Assembly (NCBI GenBank): GCA_036785375.1
Contig: JAWMAR010000013.1
Span: forward strand, 9,486,001 to 9,550,000
Length of the DNA stretch: 64,000 nt
Direction: 5' to 3'
DNA from: Leucoraja ocellata
Taxonomy: Eukaryota
Shown here: one piece after another, positions 55,360-64,000 of the stretch
Layout: each line of letters starts with the position of its first letter
Numbering within the stretch: position 1 is the first letter of the stretch
Program-made: the position numbers and the translations under genes
Notes under the pieces: generated by a model
Databases searched by the model: none
Seen by the model: the letters and a program-made list of their open reading frames with translations, nothing else
What the model was told of the DNA's origin: nothing

Positions 55360-55365
55360 AATAAA
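55360..55365 (+). promoter_or_regulatory. Probable distal polyadenylation signal
   Basis: AATAAA at the end of the repeat-free UTR block, followed by T-rich and GT-containing sequence. Confidence 0.65.
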
Positions 55366-55728
55366 ACTTTTTGCTTTCATGATGCAACAACCTCGTGGTC
55401 TTCATTTGAGCTTCCAGCGGAAAGAAAATGGGCCCCTTTGAGAGAGAGGTTTTCAGCTAAAGTGTGGAAACCTGCTGGGGGTCTTGAACATGGATTGCTG
55501 TGAAGTCAACTATGTAATAAAATTATTTCACTGTACCTGGGCATAAAGTACCATCATACCATTACCCAGAAAAGACGGAGTTAGGTGGTGAATGAGGTAG
55601 GCTGTTGTTGAACGGCTAGTGTGACTGAAGGAAGGGAAGCTCATTGTGATAAAAGTTGCACATATTCAGTAATAACTTGTGGTTAACGATACAGGAATTA
55701 ATAGGCAAATAAAACAATTCATACTCCA

Positions 55729-55822
55729 TGGTCTGAAGACGGGTCTCGACCTGAAACGTCACCTGTTCCTTTTCTCCAGAGATGCTGCCTGACCCGCTGA
55801 GTTACTCCAGCATTTTTGTCTA
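55729..55822 (+). mobile_element. Single-arm repeat with near-intact minimal hammerhead ribozyme motif
   Basis: GGT-CTGAAGA-C-GGGT-CTCG-ACCT-GAAA-CG-TC-ACC (55730-55763); 13-bp TSD AATTCATACTCCA/AATTCATACCCCA at 55716-55728 and 55823-55835. Confidence 0.75.
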
Positions 55823-56127
55823 AATTCATACCCCAAATCTGGCCTCATTTTAACTGCCTGGTGTAGGCTGTCACTTGCACCAAATAAGACCGCTAGTGCA
55901 TTCGCAACTTGTGCACCGGTGGGAATCTTGTATAGAGTCAGTAATGATTTAATGTACATTCTGAATCATCTAATGGCTGCTTACGAAACTAGCTGCTCTC
56001 ATTCATGAAGATTCATGTGAAATGGAACCAATTATTCTGGACCATAAACGATGTGACATTATTTCAAGCTCTGAAGGTAGCATTACATATATCTGAGGGT
56101 GCCTTTTATCAAGATCCTTATAAACAT

Positions 56128-56890
56128 AATTAGGAGCAGGAGTAGGCCAGATGGCCTGTCAAAGCTGCCCCACCATTCAATAAGGTCATGGCCGATCCAA
56201 TATTGGTCTTCATTTTCCTGCCTGCCCCGCATAACTCTTGACTGCCCTCTAATTCTAAGATATATCTCCCTTGAATGGATTCAATCACAGCCCCTTTGAG
56301 GTTGGGAATTCCTAAAGTACATGAAAGTCATGATAGCGGAAATTTGGCCTCACGTCTGTATCACGTGGGAAAACTCTTATTGGAAACTTCCCCCAAGGCT
56401 TAGATTCTGCACTAGGGGAAACATCTTCCCCTGTCTAACCCTCTTGGAATCTCTTTTGTTTCAATGAGATTACCCGATAGGCCCAAACCTGCTCAAACTT
56501 TCCTTTTAAGATCGCCCCTTCATTGCTAGAAGCAACCGTGAATCCCTGAACTGCCTCAAATTATATCTCTGATAAAAATGAGAACAAAATCATACATGGT
56601 GCTCCAGATATACTCTCCAATGCCCTGTGAAGTCGCAACAAGATTTATGTACTTTAGTCCTCTATCCCCTTGCAGTAAAGGTCAACAATCCATCTGGCTT
56701 CCCAATTGCTTGATCTGCGTGAGAGTTTGCTTTGCTTCACATAAAGGACACTTAAATCCCTCTGTACAGCAGCATTTGTAGTCGATCTTAATTTGAACAA
56801 CTGTTATCCTTCCTAACAAAGTGGATTATCTCACATAATGCTCCATCTGCTAAATGGTTGCCTATTCATTTAACCTATCTATATCCCACT
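56128..56890 (-). mobile_element. Decayed CR1-like LINE
   Basis: aattaggagcaggagtaggcca...ccattcaataaggtcatggccgatc tail. Confidence 0.6.
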
Positions 56891-56926
56891 GGTGTCAAAT
56901 CAAATTGCTCCCTACGTGATCTAGAA

Positions 56927-57150
56927 TGTAGAAGCAAAGAACTGCAGATGCTGGTTTATACCAAAGATAGATGCAAAGTGCTGGAGTAACTCAGTGGGTC
57001 AGGCAGCATCTAGAGGAAAAGGATAGGTGACCTCTTTTGGATCGGGCCACTTCTTCAGACTGAAAGTGGGGTCCCAACCTGAAACGTCACCTATCCTTTT
57101 CCTCCGGAGATGCTGCCTGACCCACAGAGTTGTTCCAGCACTTTGAGTGT
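56927..57150. mobile_element. Fold-back element, hammerhead family
   Basis: gaactgcagatgctgg head, inverted arms, central cttcagactgaa, GAAACGTCACC at 57081. Confidence 0.75.
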
Positions 57151-57799
57151 ACTCAAGATGGTTTGGCTGGTTAGTAAATTTCCTGTGGATGTTCACAGCA
57201 TACGTGGAGGTAATCTCAGTTTTCCATGGCCGTGCCCTGAACCTTCGCTGTGGGAGATTGGAGTTGCACATTCGAGCCGGTTAAAGTGGGTTCACGCGCC
57301 ACCTCCTATCGGCAAGACCCTCAGGATCGAGGATGATGTGCTTTAACTGTTGTGACTTTACCTCTGAGGACACTGTCAGTTCTTCAAAGGATGGGGCAGG
57401 CGTGTAGTTTGGGAGATGGTGTGTCTTCTCCCAAGTTTCCATTCCATTGCTCTTGATACACGCACGCATGCGAGTTTATCAATACCATCTCTAAAGTTCC
57501 TTCACTCCTTGAGTGATGAGGAGTGACAAGGGATGTGGCGTTTCTTCAAGGACGGTGTGAGCTCATCATTTTCTGTGTCTAACATGTCAGAGCTTGGAAT
57601 AAATTGTTTCAGGACCTGCTGCCTAGATGCAAAGACATTGCCCAACATTACTAAGGCCTCAGTACTTGGAATGGTAGCTTGGAAGGACACTCATTCATCC
57701 TCCCATTGAGACAACCTTGGACGTTATTGTCTTGTCACTGGAGGACTTTGCCTCGGGCAATCCAGGTCTCCAAAGCTTCAGAGGTGGGGTGTACACGCT

Positions 57800-58150
57800 G
57801 ATAACAGGCCTGGATAGAGTGAATGTGGACAGGATGTTTCCACTAGTGGGAGAGTCTAGGGCCTGAGGCCATAGCCTCGGAATATAAGGACGTACCTTTG
57901 GAAAGGAGATGAGGAGCAGTTTCTTTAGTTCGAAGGTGGTGAATCTGGAATCCATTGCCACAGTTATTCATTCACCCGTGGAGGCCAAAATTCAGCGTTA
58001 TTTTTAACGTGGGGATTGACCGATTCTGGTGTCAGGAGTTCTGGGGAGAAGGCAGGAGAATGGGGTTGAGAGGGAAAGATAGATCAGCCATTATAGAATG
58101 GTGGAGTAGACTCGTTGTGCCAAATGGCCTAATTCTGCTCCTATGACATG
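57800..58150 (+). mobile_element. CR1 3' fragment
   Basis: GLDRVNVDRMFPLVGESR-type ORF2 end and tail. Confidence 0.8.
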
Positions 58151-58699
58151 AATATCATCTTAAGGCCTATACTGAAATAATTACCGTTAAGCAATTATTT
58201 ATTTAAAGAGCGGTAATGAGCCCTGTATTGCAGGAGTCACTGTTGTATATTTAGTGAGTCAGGACATTGTGAGTATAAAGCCAGGCCTCACGGGATTAGA
58301 CTGGACTATTTCTGGAGCGAGTTCTGTAACTCGAGTGCACAGCTACTGAACTTATCACATAAACAGGCACTTTAGCCTAACACTGCTGGGAATTTGTACT
58401 GGAGCCATTGAACTTACGGAGGCAGAGAAATTGAGGCTGTTCGTCCCATCTGACCCCATCTACTGACCCACTGGGCCAGTAGCCGTGGAGGATTTCCAAT
58501 TCGGACCTCCCGTTCAAGAGCTGGATTCCAGAAACCATCTCTCGTGGCGCAAACTCCGCCTCGTTCTGGATTATCTTCACCCTATCACTTCCAATTCGTG
58601 ACATCAGCTCAGGAAAACACAGCCCTGATAATTTAATACAGTTCCCTCCTCGATCTCCATTTCAAATAAAATATCTCATCATTGGCAACCTTCCCTCAG

Positions 58700-58970
58700 A
58701 GAGTCATAGAGTCATACAGCATGGAAACAGGCCCTTCAGCCCACTAGTCTATGCTGATCAAGTTCCCAATCTGAGCAAGTCCCATTCACCTGCATTTGTC
58801 CCCAATAAACCTTGTGCCTATCCATGTGTCTCTTAAATGTTGTCATTGTACCTACCTCTACAACTTCCCCTGGCAGCTCGCTCCACATAGCCACCGCCAT
58901 CTGTGTGGAAAAGTCCCTTTTAAATCTTTCCCCTCGCCTTAAATCTGTGGATTCTAGTTTTAGGCTCTTA
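58700..58970 (-). mobile_element. CR1 3' fragment
   Basis: gagtcatagagtcatacagcatggaaacaggcccttc tail. Confidence 0.8.
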
Positions 58971-59207
58971 ACTCAAAATTGTCAACCTTGGCCACATTCT
59001 CTGTAATAAATTTCCCTTGTAGCCCGGTGTGTTGTCAACATGTTGTGATGTGGTGAATTGGATACACTATTCCAGCGGTGACCCACTATAATAAAATACC
59101 ATAAATCCGCACAATGGGAACTGTTGGGGCTGGACTGGCGGAGTTTTGGGACTGTTGGATGCTACTATTAGTACACTAACATTCTTACGATTCCCTTTGT
59201 TATTTAA

Positions 59208-59525
59208 GGTGGCCCAGTGGTGCAGCGGTGGAGTTGCTGCCTCACGGAGCCAGAGACCAGGGATCAATCCCGACCTCGGGTGCTGTCTGCGTGCAGTTTG
59301 TATGTTCCCCCCGTGACCGGGTGGGTTTTGTCCGGGTGCTCCGGTTTCCTCCCACATTCCAAAGGCGTGCAGGTTTGTAAGCTATTTGGCCTCTGAAAAT
59401 TGCCCCTAGTCTGTAGAGAGTGTATACGAAAGTGGGACTACATAGAACTAGAGTGAATTGGTCAGTGTCGACTCGGTGGGCTGTAAGGCCGGTTTCTGCG
59501 CTGTATCTCTGACGTAAACTAAACA
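59208..59525 (+). mobile_element. HE1-like SINE
   Basis: A box tggtgcagcgg, V-domain and tail gtaaactaaac; a partial inverted copy follows at ~59612-59713. Confidence 0.85.
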
Positions 59526-59824
59526 AAAGTTGTTTAACAATAATGAAATCACTTTTCCGGTGAGTTTGAAGTGAATGCAGGAAGGGAAGCTGGTGACAAC
59601 AGCTGGTGCCCACGCGATCACTGAGAGAACGTGCAAACTCCGTACAGACAGCACCCGCGCTCAGGTTCGAACCTGCTTCTCTGGGGTCGTAAGGCAGCAA
59701 CTCTACCGCTGTGGGTAGCAACAGATGGCTGTGGAGTTCAATAAACCTTTAAAATAATTAGGGGATATTGAGTCAGTGTAGGAAAATGGCGTTGGGTCGA
59801 AGACCAAAGATATTGAAATGGTGA

Positions 59825-60012
59825 CAGAAGAAACTGCAGGTGCTGGAATCTTGAACAAACACAAAGTGCTGGAGGAACTCGGTGGGTCAGGCAGCATCAG
59901 TGGAGGGAATGGGCCATCAATCTGAAGAAGGGTCCCGACCCAAAACGTCGTCTGTCCATTCCCTCCACATTCGCTGCCTGACCCGCTGAGTTCCTCCAGC
60001 ACTCTGTGCTTG
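59825..60012. mobile_element. Fold-back element, hammerhead family
   Basis: aactgcaggtgctgg head; CTGAAGA 59922-59928 and stem gggtc/gaccc. Confidence 0.75.
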
Positions 60013-60142
60013 CTTCTAGAAATGGCAGATCAGGTAAACAGGACAACGGGCTTCTCCTGCTTGTGATTTATGTTCTGAGATCAGTGGTTCACTGTGTCTG
60101 TGCGCCACACTGGTTTGTTCTCCCAGTTTAACATTTCTGAAC

Positions 60143-60447
60143 GGGCGGCACGGTGGCGCAGCGGTAGAGGTAACGCCTTACAAGGCCAGAGACCCGGGTT
60201 CAATCCTGACAACGGGTGCTGTCTGTACGGAGTTTGTACGTTCTCCCTGTGACTTGGATAGGTTTTCCCCGAGATCTCCTGTTTCCTCCCACACTCCAAA
60301 GACGTGCAGGTTTGTAGGTTAATCGGCTTGGTATAAATTGTCACTAATGTGAGTAGGGTAATGTGTGAGGATCTCTGGATGGTGCGGACTCGATGGGCCG
60401 AAGGGCCTGTTTCTGCGCTGTATCTCGAATCTAAACTAAACTAAACT
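60143..60447 (+). mobile_element. Full-length HE1-like SINE
   Basis: A box TGGCGCAGCGG 60154-60164, B box GGTTCAATCC 60197-60206, V-domain, CR1-like tail (CTAAA)3. Confidence 0.9.
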
Positions 60448-61036
60448 TGTGTGCAATGCTGTTAAGCTTGGGCAGTGTATACAAACCACGCATTAAAAGA
60501 CAGTACATCACAAACAGCCAGCAACACTTGGCACAATTAATAATTACTATTGTTTGGCCTTGTTATTATATTTTTTCTAAGAAGAAGTGAACGACAACAT
60601 ATATTTTATAAAATGATACTTATCCATGATGAGGAAAGGTTACTGTGGTTTGCATCTACTCAGTGTGACGTGAGAACAATGTGCCCATTGTTTGTGTGCA
60701 TTCATCCATTCTATGAATTCACATTTTGAAACAGGCTAATTTACAATCCGTAAATTACAAGTAAAAGATCTAAATAGTAGCTTGGGTTCCGATTAACCCA
60801 TCAGGCAGGTTAGCTGATCAGGCAAGGCAGAGAGTGTAGAATCATGGCCCGAGGAATTGCTGTGTGTGCAGAGCCCTATTGCTCAGTGGAGAACCACAAA
60901 TCATCGCGGTGTCCAAGGAGGTTATTTGCTCACTCAGTCCACGGAACGGCAACCCGTTTGGAGTCTGCGTGCTCTTCTGGTCACCCCATTCCAGCAATGA
61001 TGTGGAGGCTTTGGAGAAGGTGCAGAAGAGGTTTAC

Positions 61037-61135
61037 CAGAAGAAGGGTCTCGACCCGAAACGTCACTCATTCCTTCTATCGAGAGAGAGATGCTACCTGT
61101 TCCGCTGAGTTATTCTGGCATTTTGTGTCTATCTT
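61037..61135 (+). mobile_element. Single-arm hammerhead-family repeat joined to a short CR1 fragment (60960-61036)
   Basis: cagaaga-agggtctcgaccc-GAAACGTCACT. Confidence 0.7.
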
Positions 61136-61150
61136 AGGTGTCTGGTTTCA

Positions 61151-61370
61151 GGGAGAACAAACCAGTGTGGGTGCACAAACACAGTGAACCACTGATCTCA
61201 GAACATAAATCACAAGCAGGAGAAGCCCTTTGCCCCATTTACCTGATCTGCCATTTCTAGAAGCAAGCACAGAGTGCTGGAGGAACTCAGCGGGTCAGGC
61301 AGCGAATGTGGAGGGAATGGACAGACGATGTTCTGGGTCGGGACCCTTCTTCAGATTGATGGCCCATTCC
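61151..61370 (-). repeat. Inverted duplicate of 59906-60124
   Basis: The reverse complement aligns by eye with about 9 differences in ~220 bp, including ~110 bp of non-element flank. Confidence 0.9.
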
Positions 61371-62009
61371 TTACACCTAGCTGTTTCCTCCCACGTCCCA
61401 AAGACTTTCCCTGTACCTCGGTACACGTTGAATGGTTTCATGAATCAATGGATCGATGGTGCTTTATTAGTCACGTATGCAAGTGCCTACAGTTAAAATG
61501 CATGTAGTGCACACGCGGGCACCGCCATCTATAGGCACCATTTCCAAAGATCTACGTCTGGTCTTCAATAAACGTAAACCTAAACCTCTGTTCACAGGGT
61601 TGAATTTGAGGACGGAGAGAAACAAACACGACCACCTTGACCAAGTCCCAGGCCTAGAGTAAGGCCAGTGACTGCAGGTGAGTCACCTGGGCATTGTAGA
61701 GGGAGAGCTTTCAAAACATCGATCTGGTTCTGGGTTCATGATCCTCCCCAGGGGGAACGTTGTGAATAAAGATAAACTGGCATGTTTTGTTTGTGCTTTA
61801 CCTGTTATTCGATGTGACAATGGAGTTAGTTGATGGGGATGCTGAGGTTGAGATGGTATAACTGAGTCAAGAACCAAGGGTGCTTTATTGTCATATGCAT
61901 TGGAACGGAACAATTAAATTCTTACTTGCAGCAGCACAACAGGTTTGTAAACGCAGTTCTTAATAAATAATGTAAACAAACGAAAAAAATTTGAATAAAA
62001 CCAATATGG

Positions 62010-63595
62010 TGTGGCGGCTCCTAAGGGTCGGGCCATTTCCACTATCGAACCCCTCGGCACGGGAATGGATGAGTCCAGGGGCGGCCCTTAACTAGAGGGA
62101 TAAAGGGCAGGGGTTTAGGTGCCATCTTCCTCTTGCAGACGCGTCTGGTCAGGAGAAGGACAGCGATTGAAATACCTCCCGAAACACCTGGCTCCTCGCC
62201 TACATTTCGGGATTATCGTCGCGCTACATTGGTGACCCCGACGTGATCCACGGGCTGGCTCACCCATCCATCCGGGCGTCGACGGCACTTGTGGCTGCTC
62301 GGTTCATAAGGCACGGTCTGCGCAAGCAGGTTGGCCACTGGGCCCGCACATGCATTCCGTGCCAGACGGCGATAATCCAGCGCCCCTCCAGGAGTTCGGT
62401 CTACCACGCCGGCGTTTCGACCATCTCCACGTGGACATTGTGTGGCTTCTCCTGCCGTCCCGGGGCATCACCCACCTCCTCATGATGGTGGACCGCTTCA
62501 CGCGGAGTCCATACCATTGGCCGATACTTCAAAGGGCAACGTGCGCTCGTGCGTTGTCCGCGCACTGGATTGCTCGCTTTGGGGTGCCGGTGGACATCTC
62601 CTCGGACCGGGGGCCACAGTTCACCTCTGAGCTGTGGTCGGCCATGGGTCACTTGTTGGGTGTGAGGCTGCACCACACCATGGTCTATCACCCGCAGACA
62701 AACGGCCTGGTAGAGGGGTTCACCGGCAGCTCAAGGCAGCACTGAAGGCGCGACTCTCTGGCCCGGACTGGATGGACGAGCTGCCGTGGGTCATGCTGGG
62801 CATCTGAACTGCGCTTAAGGAGGAGGACGGCCTCATCCTCAGCGGAGCCTCATGTACGGGTCGCCACTCACGGTGCCGGGGAGTTCGTGCCATCGGCGCC
62901 GGGGCAGCAGAGACCGCCCTCGTCCACTCTACAGCGCCTTTGTGAACGAGTTGGCTGGCCCGTGCCCGTGCCGACGTCCCGCCATGGGACATTCCGCCCG
63001 CACGTGCCATCGGCCCCCCGGGACTGCCCTTATGTTTTCCTGTGCCGTGATGCCACCGGACGCCATTCCGGAGACCGTATGATGCTGTTCCGGGTGCTGG
63101 AACACGGGCAGACGACTTTTGTGTTGGACATTGGGGGCCGGCCGGAGGCCGTATCGATTGACCGGTTGAAGCCGGCGCACCTGGACATTGACCAATCGGT
63201 GCTGGTTGCCCAGCCACGGCCGCGAGGTCGCCCCCCTTCACGGCTCCCTCCGCCTGTCACTCCACCTGTGCCTCCGCCAGCCCCTTGGTTGGCCGACTTC
63301 CGTACGCGGTCTGGTCGGGTTGTACGCCTGCCGGTGCGTTTCGTGCCTCCTGTTCTGGGGGGGGGGGGGGGGATCCTGTGGCGGCTCCCAAGGGTCGGGC
63401 CATTTCCACTATTGAACCCCTCAGCACGAGAACGGATGAGTCCGGGGGCGGCCCCTAGCTAGAGGGATAAAGGGCAGGGGTTTAGGTGCCATCTTCCTCT
63501 TGCAGACTCGTCTGGTCAGGAGAAGGACAGCGATTGAAATACCTCCCCAAACACCTGGCTCCTCGCCTTCATTTCGGGATTATCGTCGCGCTACA
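62010..63595 (+). mobile_element. Internally deleted Ty3/Gypsy LTR retrotransposon (only an integrase remnant is left)
   Basis: 219-bp LTRs TG...CA at 62010-62228 and 63377-63595 with about 11 mismatches; PBS TGGTGACCCCGACGTGAT 62230-62247 (tRNA-Trp); poly-G PPT 63357-63372; integrase motifs HGLAHP..CIPCQ, HVDIV, SDRGPQFTSELW, YHPQTNGLVE, IDRLKPAH, with frameshifts; imperfect 4-bp TSD atgg/ttgg. Confidence 0.93.
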
Positions 63596-63770
63596 TTGGT
63601 GTAAAACAAAACAAAGCCCAAAGTTAAGGACCTGGTGCAGATGTAATTGACTCTGTATGTGGTCTAACTATTCTTGGCTTCTATGGTGGGATTTTGGATA
63701 TTAAAGGGATTGAGGGAAGAGGGGGTATGGCAGGAAAATGAGCTGGAAGTTCAGCCATGAGACATGTTGA

Positions 63771-63929
63771 GGATACAAAGTGATGGAGTATCTCTTCAGC
63801 CTGAAGAAGGGCCTTGACCCGAAACATCACCTCTCCATGTTCTCCAGAGAAGCTGCCCGACCTGCCGTTACTCCAGCACTTTGCGTCCTTTTGTGCACTA
63901 ACCAGCATCTGCAGTTCTTTGTCTCTACG
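63771..63929. mobile_element. Hammerhead-family element inserted in a CR1 tail (~63690-63990)
   Basis: CTGAAGA 63801-63807 and GAAA 63821-63824; 13-bp TSD TGAGACATGTTGA/TGGGACATGTTGA at 63758-63770 and 63930-63942. Confidence 0.8.
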
Positions 63930-64000
63930 TGGGACATGTTGACTGGTGGAGCAAGTCCATGGATGTTGAACAGATAACTGCTGTTCCTGTCATGTTGGAA

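Larger units (their letters stand above)
53832..55385 (+). other. pbx3: PBX3 3' UTR (end approximate)
   Basis: Repeat-free AU-rich stretch after the stop codon, ending near AATAAA 55360-55365; contains miRNA seed matches and Pumilio elements. Confidence 0.75.

Noticed and set aside
60143-60215. tRNA genes
   Set aside because: The A and B boxes belong to SINE heads that continue into a V-domain and CR1-like tail; no complete cloverleaf is visible.
63596-63602. Second PBS after the 3' LTR (ttggtg), implying a tandem element
   Set aside because: The match ends after 6 nt and is explained by the target duplication plus host sequence.

Overview
AT-rich vertebrate genomic DNA. The repeat content (HE1-type V-SINEs, HER1/CR1 LINE tails, Deu-domain SINE remnants) suggests a cartilaginous fish, probably a skate or ray; this is inference. 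The window holds the 3' part of a + strand PBX3 (TALE homeobox) gene: seven coding exons (conventional exons 3-9, 7985-53831) with intact GT-AG sites and consistent phases, plus a ~1.5 kb 3' UTR with let-7, miR-181, miR-200, miR-101 and Pumilio motifs. Exons 1-2 lie upstream of the window. Introns and the downstream flank contain CR1, Rex1/Babar and RTE LINE fragments, SINEs, three PIF/Harbinger-type MITEs, a decayed Tc1 element and an internally deleted Gypsy LTR element. The most notable observation is a family of about 14 short fold-back repeats. They carry minimal hammerhead-ribozyme cores (CTGAnGA-stem-GAAAC-GTC) and several are flanked by 11-14 bp target-site duplications, which fits non-autonomous Penelope-like/retrozyme-like elements better than DNA MITEs. 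Also notable: two different MITEs sit at the identical nucleotide of two SINE copies, there is a local 220-bp inverted duplication, and the Gypsy integrase tail has an AT-hook-like and an RTRSGR motif. No database searches were run; family names come from motif recognition and repeat boundaries are approximate unless a TSD is given.
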